From Bacteroidales bacterium (lineage in GTDB: Bacteria; Bacteroidota; Bacteroidia; Bacteroidales; UBA12077), in the NCBI GenBank assembly GCA_028282585.1, contig JANQHR010000047.1, positions 1 through 64,000 on the forward strand: a stretch of 64,000 bases of DNA. Reading direction: 5' to 3'. Positions 33,013 to 42,847 of this stretch are shown in pieces. The notes under the pieces were generated by a model. That model made no database searches. It was not told the origin of the DNA and saw nothing but the letters and a program-made list of their open reading frames with translations. The position numbers and the translations under genes were made by a program. Within the stretch, counting starts at the first letter, position 1; the number at the start of each line of letters is the position of its first letter.

Positions 33013-33780
33013 TTACAAACCCTTTTCCAACCAATTTAAAAACTTAGATGAATTAGCTTTACTTATTATGACTTGCTCCGGAAATTCTATTTTAGGTGTT
33101 ACCAGTAACTTTCGAGCAAAATATGGAGTAACATGGTTAACATAGTCCCTGCATATGATTACTTGCCGGTTTGCCCTGAAGAAGTTAATACCTAACATAG
33201 ATTCTAAGGTATCCATTTTATAATTGGTGTAATACTTTTCACTTTTCGTTGTGTAAATATAGGTTATCCCATTTTCTATATGCCCTAGAGCTACTTCTGC
33301 CACTTTAATCGGGATAATCTTTTCTCCTTTTTGCACCAAAATGGATCTATTTCTGGTTTCTTCATTAAATCTTTTAAACGAATTGATCGCATTTTCAAAT
33401 GCTTTAGAAAATTCACTTTTAGCTTTAATTAGTGTTTTATATTTTTCTAAAGTCTGAGATATTTTCTCTGGGTTATAAGGCTTTAAAATATAATCTATCC
33501 CATTAGCCTTAAAGGCTCCAAGCGCATAATGGTCGTATGCTGTGCAAAAAATAACGGGGACTTTGCTTTCTATTTTTTCAAAAATCTCAAAACTTAAACC
33601 ATCGGTTAATTCTATATCAGAAAAAAATAAGTCTGGCAACTCATTTTTTTTAAAGTAATCTAAAGCTTCAGCAATGGATTCCAGTTTTGCCTGAATTGAA
33701 ATACTGTGATCAGCGTTACTAATTTCTTGCTCTAAATTATCTGCCATCAAACTCTCATCCTCAATTATAACTACATTCAT
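33013..33780 (-). CDS. LytTR family response regulator
   Basis: IIEDE, DIELTDG, YILKP and FFRANRQ motifs. Confidence 0.92.
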   Translation of the reverse strand: MNVVIIEDESLMADNLEQEISNADHSISIQAKLESIAEALDYFKKNELPDLFFSDIELTDGLSFEIFEKIESKVPVIFCTAYDHYALGAFKANGIDYILKPYNPEKISQTLEKYKTLIKAKSEFSKAFENAINSFKRFNEETRNRSILVQKGEKIIPIKVAEVALGHIENGITYIYTTKSEKYYTNYKMDTLESMLGINFFRANRQVIICRDYVNHVTPYFARKLLVTPKIEFPEQVIISKANSSKFLNWLEKGL

Positions 33781-34850
33781 AGAACAATGGGTTTAAATGA
33801 TACTGAAAATTCATTTTGAGTTTCATCCCGTTTTGTAATAAAACTTTTATTACCTAATAACTCAAATCTTTGCTTTAAATTATGTAAACCTGTTTTTGTG
33901 GTAGGTTGTTCATGTTTTTTAAAAATTAGGTTATTTTTAAAGGTTAATGTACCATCCTTATTATAAAGTAGTTCTATGAATAGTGGCGTATTTTTGGAAA
34001 ACGCATTATGCTTTATTGCATTTTCTGCTAAAATTTGTAAAGTAAATACAGGGATATGGCAATTATTGATTATTTCTTCCGGCAAATCATATTTAATTCT
34101 TATGGCGTCGCTATATCTTACTCTATGCATATCAATATAGTTTAAACAGAATTGCATTTCGTCTTTAATTAATGCAGTATCTTTTACCGATTCCGATATG
34201 GAAAATCTCAAAAATGAAGATAGGTTTAAAACATAATTTTCTGCCTTTTTAGGTTCTTTTCCGATTAGTATTCTAAGCGTGTTTAGCGAATTAAATAAAA
34301 AATGGGGGTGTATTTTATGTTTTAAGTCCTCCTGTTGTGCTTTAACATTTAAGACTTCTAACTTAGCTTTTTCAATCTCTAATCTTATCCTTTGATTCTT
34401 AGAAGTTATAACAGCAATCAATAAAATAATAAAAGTATTATTTGTTAATCCTCCTATATAAGGATATACCACGGGGACAAAGCCTACATTCGGTCTATTT
34501 TTTGTAACTTGGCTCATCACTGCAATTAGAACTATTATAAAAAGATAAGATGCAATATATTTCAACCAGGAGTTCTTCTGAAAAATCTCCCTTCTATCCA
34601 GGATTCTAAAAAGAATAATATTGAAAAGCCATTGTAAAAAGAAACTAGCAGATATAACAGATATACCTATTAAAATCCTTCCGGAATCTATAAAATAAAG
34701 AAATTCTTGATTTTCAGGCTGTGCCAGAAGAAAAACCAGCATTGGTACGATAGCATAAATCCCAATTATTGGGGACGTTATAAATGCTAATCTTATAAGT
34801 TGTTTAATTTCTCGCTTACTAGGTTGGTTATATTCTTTCATCGTTTTCAC
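33777..34850 (-). CDS. LytS-type sensor histidine kinase
   Basis: IHPHFLFNSLN, ENAIKHN and TGLHNL motifs; four N-terminal TMs. Confidence 0.9.
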   Translation of the reverse strand: MKTMKEYNQPSKREIKQLIRLAFITSPIIGIYAIVPMLVFLLAQPENQEFLYFIDSGRILIGISVISASFFLQWLFNIILFRILDRREIFQKNSWLKYIASYLFIIVLIAVMSQVTKNRPNVGFVPVVYPYIGGLTNNTFIILLIAVITSKNQRIRLEIEKAKLEVLNVKAQQEDLKHKIHPHFLFNSLNTLRILIGKEPKKAENYVLNLSSFLRFSISESVKDTALIKDEMQFCLNYIDMHRVRYSDAIRIKYDLPEEIINNCHIPVFTLQILAENAIKHNAFSKNTPLFIELLYNKDGTLTFKNNLIFKKHEQPTTKTGLHNLKQRFELLGNKSFITKRDETQNEFSVSFKPIVL

Positions 34851-35024
34851 ATATTATTGAAAATCAAAAATAATTATTCTTATTTACGTTAAATAATTAA
34901 AGCAGGTTCTTGAGGGTTATAGAATGACGTTTTAAAATGGATAAATAAATATCTAAATTAAATCATATTTTAATTAATTACACAAATAGCTTATTGGACA
35001 ATAGACTTCAATATTAAAAAACAA

Positions 35025-35055
35025 TTTGTATTTTAAAAATAAATGTTTAAATTTG
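35025..35055 (+). promoter_or_regulatory. Bacteroidota sigma70 promoter of marR-rdh
   Basis: TTTG (35025-28), 19-nt spacer, TAAATTTG (35048-55). Confidence 0.65.
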
Positions 35056-35059
35056 TACT

Positions 35060-35073
35060 GTTAATATATTAAC
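35060..35073. promoter_or_regulatory. Putative MarR operator 1
   Basis: Perfect palindrome GTTAATATATTAAC, repeated before rdhA. Confidence 0.7.
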
Positions 35074-35082
35074 TGTTAATAA

Positions 35083-35508
35083 ATGAATTATAATAAAACA
35101 CTGCAAGTAGGAATAAATATCTCTCAGGTACACTGGTCCTTACAAAATTTTATCAACAAGAAATTAAGGCCAAATGGTATAACTCTAGATAAGCTACGTA
35201 TTATGAGTATTGTGAATTCAAATGAAGGTTGTTGTCAGCAATTTATTGCAGATAGTTTATTCAAAACCAAAACTGCAATTGCCAATATGACTGAAAATTT
35301 GGTAAAAGAAGATTTGGTAATTCGCATCCAGGACCCTGATAACAGGCGCTTGAATAAGATTTTTTTGACTCCGGAAGGGAAAAACTTACATGATAAATGT
35401 ATATCAGAAATAACTGACAATATGGAGCAAGTCTTTACGGATATAAAAAAAGAAGAAATTAATAATTTGCTAAAAGTCTTAGAGCAAATGAAAAATAATA
35501 TTGAGTAA
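35083..35508 (+). CDS. MarR family regulator (RdhR-like)
   Basis: wHTH with DPDNRR..IFLT..G motif; directly upstream of rdhA. Confidence 0.88.
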   Translation: MNYNKTLQVGINISQVHWSLQNFINKKLRPNGITLDKLRIMSIVNSNEGCCQQFIADSLFKTKTAIANMTENLVKEDLVIRIQDPDNRRLNKIFLTPEGKNLHDKCISEITDNMEQVFTDIKKEEINNLLKVLEQMKNNIE

Positions 35509-35523
35509 TTTTTTTATAATATA

Positions 35524-35539
35524 AGTTAATATATTAACT
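35524..35539. promoter_or_regulatory. Putative MarR operator 2
   Basis: Perfect 16-bp palindrome AGTTAATATATTAACT. Confidence 0.7.
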
Positions 35540-35554
35540 GTAAATACATATACT

Positions 35555-37000
35555 ATGATAAATTTACTAAATAAACCCAAAGGTTATTCGATCAAAGAGA
35601 AAACTAACAAAAAACAAATGTTTAGTAGAAGAGATTTTCTTAAAGTAGGTTCAGTTGGTGCGGTAATAGGAGCAACATCCGCAGGAACATTTGCTAACAA
35701 CCAAATTAGTAAAGCGGTAGATAAAGCTTCCGATAAATCATTATTTAAGGACGGTGCTTCATTAATTGAGTTTAAGGAGGGCTATAAATACCGTAGGTTT
35801 GATGAAAAAAATACCTATCAGTCATCCGGGCCAACGGAATGGGACGAAACCTTAAAAGCTAAATTCATGAAGTTCACCTGGCCCGGATTTGATAATGATC
35901 AACCCGGTTTTAGCCAGGTAGATTGGGCGCTTGCAAGAGGAAGTTCGTCGCTGAAATTTAAAATGCTAGGTATGGGCGATAAGTGGAAGCAAGATAGATT
36001 TGATTATTCCATGCTCGATTTAAAACCTGGCTCGGATGGAAAACTTCAGGGACCGAATCTACCGCAATTGATGGAGGGTAATTATGTATACCCGGAGAAA
36101 GCCTCATTTAAATCTAAGCAAGAAGCTACGGATGCTATAAAAAGAGCAGCAAGGCTTTATGGAGCAGATCTGATAGGAATAACAGAACGTGACGAAAGGT
36201 TTGATTTTTCTGCTTTTTATAATTCAATGAATGGTAGAAGGTACTGGACTGAAATTCCATTTGAGCCTAAAACTGTTATTGTTTTGGCGTTCGAAATGGA
36301 TTATGATGCCATGGCAGCTGCACCTACGCATGTTGCAAGTGGAGCAACCGGTGAAGGGTATTCAAAAATGCATAAAACCTCTTATCAACTTGCTATATTT
36401 TTAAAATGTTTGGGGTATAAGGCAATACCTTCAAATAATGATTTAGGGTTAAGTATACCTTATGCCATTAAAGCAGGATTAGGTGAGCCTGGGCGCAACG
36501 GAATGTTGATTACATATAAATACGGGCCAAGAGTTCGAATTGCTAAAGTATATACTGATTTTAACTTTGTTGAATACGATGAACCTAAAGCATTTGGTGT
36601 TGAGGAATTTTGTAAAAGGTGTATGCGCTGCGCTGATGCATGTCCTTCGGATGCTATCACAAAAGAAATAGATAAAACCTTTGAACCTGATTTTAATGAA
36701 GATAAAAATTTCTTTATAAATCCCGGGACAAAAAAGTATTATAATAACTTAAAGAAATGCTTCTATTTCTGGATGGAAAACGGGAATGGGTGTAGCTCAT
36801 GTATCACAGCTTGCCCATATAATAAACCTGATTTTTGGCATCACCGTTTGGTTGATAAAATATCGGCTTTGATGCCCGGGCCCGTTCACTCTTTTATGCG
36901 CGAAATGGATAAAGTATTTGGCTATGGAGATACTTATGATAAAGCTTCTATAAAATGCTTTTGGAGCAGGAAGAATCGTAAATATCTGGGATATAAATAA
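35555..37000 (+). CDS. rdhA: Respiratory-type reductive dehalogenase catalytic subunit
   Basis: TAT motif SRRDFLK; AGLGE.GRNG and GPRVR motifs; CX2CX2CX3CP and CX10CX2CX3CP Fe-S motifs; start may be 35618. Confidence 0.9.
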   Translation: MINLLNKPKGYSIKEKTNKKQMFSRRDFLKVGSVGAVIGATSAGTFANNQISKAVDKASDKSLFKDGASLIEFKEGYKYRRFDEKNTYQSSGPTEWDETLKAKFMKFTWPGFDNDQPGFSQVDWALARGSSSLKFKMLGMGDKWKQDRFDYSMLDLKPGSDGKLQGPNLPQLMEGNYVYPEKASFKSKQEATDAIKRAARLYGADLIGITERDERFDFSAFYNSMNGRRYWTEIPFEPKTVIVLAFEMDYDAMAAAPTHVASGATGEGYSKMHKTSYQLAIFLKCLGYKAIPSNNDLGLSIPYAIKAGLGEPGRNGMLITYKYGPRVRIAKVYTDFNFVEYDEPKAFGVEEFCKRCMRCADACPSDAITKEIDKTFEPDFNEDKNFFINPGTKKYYNNLKKCFYFWMENGNGCSSCITACPYNKPDFWHHRLVDKISALMPGPVHSFMREMDKVFGYGDTYDKASIKCFWSRKNRKYLGYK

Positions 37001-37026
37001 CAAGTTAAACATAATATAGTGACTCT

Positions 37027-38073
37027 ATGAGAAATAGAATTGGAATATCAATTATAATTGTATCGCTGGTATTATTGCCTTTTGCTCTTTTTTTTAAATC
37101 TGTTGTAAAAAATACATTGTCAGAAAAGTCTCTAAAAACCATTTTAAAACAGCAAGTTTTTGATAGTAATAATTTATCGAGATTATCGAGAGCAATCGTA
37201 AATGAAAAGGCAATTGAAGCTAAAGATATGAGGTCAGCCATGATGATGGCTATCTTCTCAAAAGCTACTACAAAAAAATGGGAAGAATTCTACAGTTTGG
37301 CACTTCCTATTGAAACTTCAGCACCCTGGATAGATAAGGTATGCAAGGAGTTATTTATTTGGCTAGATAATGATGAACCTTATCCGGCAATTGAAATACA
37401 AACAACTGCTTTTATTGAAAATATTAAACAGAATAGGACAAAACTGTTTTCATGGGCACATCAAATTATGGACCCTCCACAGGTATCCAAAAGTGAATTA
37501 GAAAGTTTGGTTGAAAAAAAATTTGGCAATAGCCTACCTGATCTCTTAATGACCGGAGTACCAGATTCTTTAGAAAATAGACTATTTGATAAAGGAGGTG
37601 ATTTGATGCTTGTACAGTTGGAAAATGCAACTATTCCTCTTGAAATAAATACTAATGAGATATTATCAGAAAAAATATCTGTAGAAAGAATATCAACTAT
37701 TAAATCCAAAATTAACAAGATATTAAAGTTTGCCAATTTATGGATACTATTAATAATACTCTTAAGCGCAGGATTGTTGCTTTGCTTCAAGAATAAGAGG
37801 TATTTATTGAGATTATCCGAAAAAACGACCTATTTCACAGGTTTTTGGCTATTTATAACCGGTTGGATGTTTACAAACTATTTATTTATCAATTTGGAAA
37901 TAAAGATTAATGAGTCTCAAGCCCCTCGGGGTGTAAGAGATCTAATTATAGAAATTTTATCAAACACTTTTGTACAAGGTAGTCAATTGCTTTATATATC
38001 AGGACTTATTCTTCTATGTATAGCAATGATATTATCATTTATAAAATATGTATTTAAAAATAGATTATCATGA
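37027..38073 (+). CDS. Hypothetical membrane protein within the rdh operon
   Basis: One N-terminal TM, a large soluble domain, three C-terminal TMs. Confidence 0.75.
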   Translation: MRNRIGISIIIVSLVLLPFALFFKSVVKNTLSEKSLKTILKQQVFDSNNLSRLSRAIVNEKAIEAKDMRSAMMMAIFSKATTKKWEEFYSLALPIETSAPWIDKVCKELFIWLDNDEPYPAIEIQTTAFIENIKQNRTKLFSWAHQIMDPPQVSKSELESLVEKKFGNSLPDLLMTGVPDSLENRLFDKGGDLMLVQLENATIPLEINTNEILSEKISVERISTIKSKINKILKFANLWILLIILLSAGLLLCFKNKRYLLRLSEKTTYFTGFWLFITGWMFTNYLFINLEIKINESQAPRGVRDLIIEILSNTFVQGSQLLYISGLILLCIAMILSFIKYVFKNRLS

Positions 38074-38351
38074 TTTTTTCCGGAATAGAATTGTTGTTTT
38101 TTGCCTTGGGAGTGCTTACAACGCTTAGTATTGTTGCTATAGTTCATTATAATAAAAAATATAAATTGAGTTGGAAAATAGTTGGGTTACTGTTAGTGTC
38201 AGCTTTTCTGGCAGTTTTTGCCGTAGCATGGTCAGGCTCATCGCTTATTGAAGGAGAAAACCAGGCAGCAGGAGTTGGAGGATTATTTTTTGGATTCCCG
38301 GCTTTTATAGGTTTTTTCATTGCTCGAAAACGAATTCTCAATTCAAAATAA
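38070..38351 (+). CDS. rdhB: Reductive dehalogenase membrane anchor
   Basis: 93 aa, three TMs, S..EGE.QAA..G..FFG.PA pattern, located in an rdh operon. Confidence 0.75.
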   Translation: MIFSGIELLFFALGVLTTLSIVAIVHYNKKYKLSWKIVGLLLVSAFLAVFAVAWSGSSLIEGENQAAGVGGLFFGFPAFIGFFIARKRILNSK

Positions 38352-38362
38352 AGGATACAATC

Positions 38363-39556
38363 ATGTGCCCGAATTCATGTAAAAGTTGCAGAACAGGTAC
38401 TATTAGAAACAAAAGCAAAGTGACTCTGATTGTTTTGGGGTTGTTGCTTTTGTCATTACTATTAGGAAATTATTTTACATCAGGCGACAATTTCAGTGAA
38501 ATTACACAAAAATTACCTGAATATCGAATAAACCCTTTAAATGAAAATATATTTGAATATTATGTTAACGATTCCTTAATGGGATTTGGGGCAATCGGAC
38601 AAAGCAAAGGCTATGGAGGCCCTTTAACGGTAGCAGTTTTGGCTTCAAGAGACACTTCAATAAGGCAGGTGGTTCCCCTTTTAAATACCGAAACTCCGTC
38701 ATTTTATCAAAAATTTATTAATCAAGAGTTTTTTAAATTTTATAGTGGAGAGTCTTTGTATGTTGAACCCGTTGTAAACGCAGTCAGTGGTGCAACTGTA
38801 ACTTCAAATGCCTATCAATTAGCTGTAAGTAAAGCAATGAACCAGCTTTTAGAAGAGCAATTTCATAAAGAAACATGGCTCATAAAACCAAAGATGAATT
38901 TTAATAAAAATGAATGGATTGTACTGGTTTTTATGCTTTGCTCTTTCTGGCTATTCAGGCTGATTAAAAACAGGAAAACAAAATTATTATGGTATTTAGT
39001 AGTGGTTGTATTAATGGGATTTATATTAAAGATTCAACTTTCATCAACCCACTTAAGCGGTTTAGCAATAAATAAAATGCCAGGTTTATATAATAATTTG
39101 AATATTTGGATATTAGTGATTGGAGTGATTTTGGGTATACTTATTTTGGGCAGGAATTATTACTGTTTTCGTATTTGTCCGTTCCATGCCCTTCAATATT
39201 TATTATCGCAAATCAGCGACATTAACATTAAAACTGGTAAAAAGCTAAACACTGTTTTAAAATATGGATTGGCCACGGTAGTTTTTCTTTACTATACCAT
39301 TACATTTATAACACATGATCCTACCAAAGCTTTGTATGAACCTTTTTCGACCCTTTTTTCATTGCAAGGTACTGGTTTGCAGTGGTTATTTCTAATTCTG
39401 ATTTTAATAGCTGCTTTTCTTATCAAAAATGTATTCTGCAGATTTATGTGCCCTGTTGGATATTCTCTAAGTTACATTCAATCATTGCGATTGATAATAC
39501 TGAACAACATTAAAAAATCAAAAAAAAACGATCATGAAAAAAATAAGATTATATGA
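38363..39556 (+). CDS. rdhC: RdhC/CprC (NosR/NirI-like) FMN-binding membrane protein
   Basis: GYGG, flavinylation-like AVSGAT, multiple TMs and two CX3CP motifs (CFRICP, CRFMCP). Confidence 0.8.
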   Translation: MCPNSCKSCRTGTIRNKSKVTLIVLGLLLLSLLLGNYFTSGDNFSEITQKLPEYRINPLNENIFEYYVNDSLMGFGAIGQSKGYGGPLTVAVLASRDTSIRQVVPLLNTETPSFYQKFINQEFFKFYSGESLYVEPVVNAVSGATVTSNAYQLAVSKAMNQLLEEQFHKETWLIKPKMNFNKNEWIVLVFMLCSFWLFRLIKNRKTKLLWYLVVVVLMGFILKIQLSSTHLSGLAINKMPGLYNNLNIWILVIGVILGILILGRNYYCFRICPFHALQYLLSQISDINIKTGKKLNTVLKYGLATVVFLYYTITFITHDPTKALYEPFSTLFSLQGTGLQWLFLILILIAAFLIKNVFCRFMCPVGYSLSYIQSLRLIILNNIKKSKKNDHEKNKII

Positions 39557-40502
39557 AATAATGAGAAAACCGCCTTTCTTTATGCGTGCTTCACATTATA
39601 TGAGAAAGGATGATAATCCGGTTAAAAGTGGAAATAAATCGCGCAAGGCAGTTATAATTCCTCTGGTACTGATGCAATTTGGAAGTATGAAAGATAAATT
39701 AGCTGCTATGGGTACTACAAAACCAGCATTTATAACTTCAATAAAGGAGATGATAAAAAGCGCTAGAGAATTAAAGAAGAACCCTAAAACCGGGAAAAAG
39801 CAAATCTCGAACAACACATTACAAGAACTTGAAATGTATGCTCGGGAACTAGGAGTTTCGCAAATAGCATACACGAAAGTAAATCCCAATTTTATTTTTG
39901 AGGGTTTTGAAATTCTTTATGAAAATGCCATGATTTTAACTATGGAGATGAAAAGAGATGCTATGAAATCTGCTCCATCAGATTATGCCACAAGCGAGGT
40001 TTGGCGGACATATTCAAATTTAGGACTGATAGTTAATAAACTTGCCGATTTTTTACGCGAACGAGGATATAACTGCCATCCAACTCCTGCGGTTGGAGGT
40101 GATGTATGTACTCCTCCTGTTGCGCAAGATGCAGGCTTTGGTGTTATTGGAAAACATGGTTTACTTATTACACCTGAATTTGGTCCATCACAGCGTATTG
40201 CAGCGGTGTTCATTGATGCTGATAATTTACCTGTAAAATCATTGCAAGAAAATGAACATCTGTGGGTAAAAGAGTTTTGCGAAACCTGTAACAATTGCAT
40301 CAAAAAATGTCCGGGAAGCGCAATTATGGAAGAAACTAAAATTCTTGATGATGGTTACCCAATTTATTTGGAAAGAGAAAAGTGCGCACCTTACTTTTCA
40401 AAAAATTGTTGCACATGCATTGCTACATGTCCATTTATTAATGGTAATTATGGAGAAATAAAGAAAGCATTTGAGAAAAAACAAGAAATTAACATGAACT
40501 AA
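39534..40502 (+). CDS. Reductive dehalogenase-like cobalamin/2x[4Fe-4S] protein without TAT signal
   Basis: AGFGVIGKHGLLITPEFGP; FCETCNNCIKKCP and C..C..C...CP motifs. Confidence 0.8.
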   Translation: MKKIRLYEIMRKPPFFMRASHYMRKDDNPVKSGNKSRKAVIIPLVLMQFGSMKDKLAAMGTTKPAFITSIKEMIKSARELKKNPKTGKKQISNNTLQELEMYARELGVSQIAYTKVNPNFIFEGFEILYENAMILTMEMKRDAMKSAPSDYATSEVWRTYSNLGLIVNKLADFLRERGYNCHPTPAVGGDVCTPPVAQDAGFGVIGKHGLLITPEFGPSQRIAAVFIDADNLPVKSLQENEHLWVKEFCETCNNCIKKCPGSAIMEETKILDDGYPIYLEREKCAPYFSKNCCTCIATCPFINGNYGEIKKAFEKKQEINMN

Positions 40503-40503
40503 A

Positions 40504-40875
40504 ATGGATTGGTATATACCCATTACTTTGTTACCTGGTATAGCATTACTAATATTATCAACTAGCAACTTTATAATTGCATTGAATGCTGAAGTTCAAA
40601 AATTAAAAGCGAATGAAGCATTATTTGGTGAAATAATCGCTTTGAAAATCAAACAACTTAAACGATTAAGTAAAGCTATATCGGGTTTATACCTTAGTGT
40701 ATTATTTTTTACTATATCCGGGCTCTTTGCCTCGATTTCTTATCCGCAAAATATTGTTTTTCTTTTCTTACTTCTTGGTATTGTAATAATGTCTGTTTCG
40801 GTTTTATTATTAATTACGTATTCAATCTTAGCTATAAAGATCAAAACAAAGCACCTTAGAATAAATCCTTTCTAA
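40504..40875 (+). CDS. Small three-TM membrane protein (DUF2721-like)
   Basis: PGIALLILSTSN motif and hydrophobic helices. Confidence 0.65.
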   Translation: MDWYIPITLLPGIALLILSTSNFIIALNAEVQKLKANEALFGEIIALKIKQLKRLSKAISGLYLSVLFFTISGLFASISYPQNIVFLFLLLGIVIMSVSVLLLITYSILAIKIKTKHLRINPF

Positions 40876-40984
40876 ATATTTGTTAAGTTCTTACTATTAC
40901 ATCGAAATATTTAAATCATTCGATTAATATTTAATATATTTGATTGCTTAGCTTTGAATATTTTAACTAACTAATACTTAAACT

Positions 40985-41371
40985 ATGAAAAGAACAATTT
41001 TATTTTTATCAGTAGTAATTGCCATTATATTCTTTAGTTGTAATTCGGTAGGTAAAAAGCATAATGATTTAATTGGGAAATGGCAAAATACCAAAGCAGA
41101 TACAGTTAATTATTTTCTTAAAATTAGCGAAGATTATGCATGGGAATATTATAAAAATGATGAACTGCTTGAAGAAGGAACATTTGAAGTAAATGAAAAC
41201 ATTTTCATTATGAAACATGCAGTTCCGGCTCACAGTCATTCTCATGAAGGTAATGATCGTTCACATGCACATACTGAAGATCATAGGTATGAGTTTAAAT
41301 TAAATGATGATAAATCTGAGCTTAGTTTTATGAGTGAAGGAAAGACTTCAGTATTTAAAAGAATAAAATAA
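40985..41371 (+). CDS. Lipocalin-like lipoprotein with His-rich loop
   Basis: FSC lipobox, LIGKW, HSHSHEGNDRSHAH. Confidence 0.7.
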   Translation: MKRTILFLSVVIAIIFFSCNSVGKKHNDLIGKWQNTKADTVNYFLKISEDYAWEYYKNDELLEEGTFEVNENIFIMKHAVPAHSHSHEGNDRSHAHTEDHRYEFKLNDDKSELSFMSEGKTSVFKRIK

Positions 41372-41434
41372 TTAATAATACCTTGCTTTGTAACATGGTA
41401 AGGTTCTAGATTAGCTAAGTAATAAAATCATTAA

Positions 41435-42058
41435 ATGAAACAACAAATAAGCTCAATTCTGGAGGTTCTTAAACTTGCAGAGAAGCTTAAATTTGAGCTT
41501 CGGCACAGTTTTACATCAAACGGAAGACAGGAAAGTGTAGCTGAACATACTTGGAGAATGTCGTTAATGGCTGTTTTAATTGAACCCTTGTTGAAGAAAA
41601 AAGTGGATATGACCAGGCTTTTAAAAATGATCATTATACATGATTTAGTCGAAGCTGAGGCAAAAGATATTTCTGCCCTGGATGTTTTAAGAAATCCTGA
41701 AATTAAACTGGAAAAAATAGAAAATGAAAAACAGGCCATTGAAAACTTGCGTTCAATGTTACAATCCACAAATGGACAGGAAATCTATGATTTGTTTTAT
41801 GAGTTTGAGAATAAGAAAACATACGAATCCAAAGTAGCAAATGCTTTGGATAAGCTGGAAGTGCAACTTCAACATAATCATGCCGATTTTTCAACCTGGG
41901 AAGAAATTGAGTATGAAATGACCTATATGATGGATAAACATGTAGAGTTTGACTCGACACTATTTGAACTGAAAACTCAAATTGAAAATGAGGCAACAGG
42001 GAAAATGCAATCAAATGGGGTTGATACAGATCTTATTAAGAGAAAAGTCAAAAAATAA
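41435..42058 (+). CDS. HD-domain phosphohydrolase (YfbR/HDDC2-like)
   Basis: ESVAEHTWR, IHDLVE and ALDKLE motifs. Confidence 0.9.
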   Translation: MKQQISSILEVLKLAEKLKFELRHSFTSNGRQESVAEHTWRMSLMAVLIEPLLKKKVDMTRLLKMIIIHDLVEAEAKDISALDVLRNPEIKLEKIENEKQAIENLRSMLQSTNGQEIYDLFYEFENKKTYESKVANALDKLEVQLQHNHADFSTWEEIEYEMTYMMDKHVEFDSTLFELKTQIENEATGKMQSNGVDTDLIKRKVKK

Positions 42059-42458
42059 GTAGAAGCTAATTCTAAAGCATAAGGTAAAAGGGTAGTTTTA
42101 CTGGTTTGACGACAACTAATAAAGTCTAGTAGATGTAATAAAGTCAAAATAAGTAGTAGTCGATTATTATACCATACACTAAAGAAATGCTAAAAATTGT
42201 CTTTTAAATTAACGTTATAATACTAATTACGTAATTTCTTCAAAAGACCAACTAATGCTTTTCTGTATTTTATTGATTTATTTAAAAATTACAGGTTAAA
42301 AATCAGCTTCGATAATTTCGATTTTCTAAGGCTTATTTGGATTTTTTATACACTTATTATTCTTATCCATACGATAAATAATTTAAAATATATGTTAGGA
42401 ATTTTTATATATATTTGCCAACCATTATTGATAAGTTATTTATTAACCTTAAACCCCA

Positions 42459-42746
42459 ATGATTATGAAAATCTTCGAAATTATCGAAAGGCTTGATCTT
42501 ATCTATAAATTAATTAAAGAACAGCAAACTGGAACAGCAAAAGAGTTTGCTCAAAAAGTAGGATTATCGCGAAGTCAGCTTTTTAACTACTTAGATTATT
42601 TAAAATCATTTGACATTGAAATAAAATACGATATTTTTTTAAACTCATATGTAATTGAAAGTAAAAAAGAGTTAAAAATTCAACAGCCCATTAGAGTTTT
42701 AAATGATTACGAACATACTAAAGTCGATGGGGAAGGAATTTTTTAA
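42459..42746 (+). CDS. Small HTH transcriptional regulator
   Basis: TGTAKEFAQKVGLSRSQLFNYLDYLK HTH; TATATTTG promoter at 42410-42417. Confidence 0.82.
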   Translation: MIMKIFEIIERLDLIYKLIKEQQTGTAKEFAQKVGLSRSQLFNYLDYLKSFDIEIKYDIFLNSYVIESKKELKIQQPIRVLNDYEHTKVDGEGIF

Positions 42747-42847
42747 ATGATTTATTTCTAGTGTAAGTAGGGATCTTATTATAAAACATAAAAATTGAAG
42801 GGTCACCCTTTCAATATTTAGGGATTAACAGCCTAATGTTAATTCTT

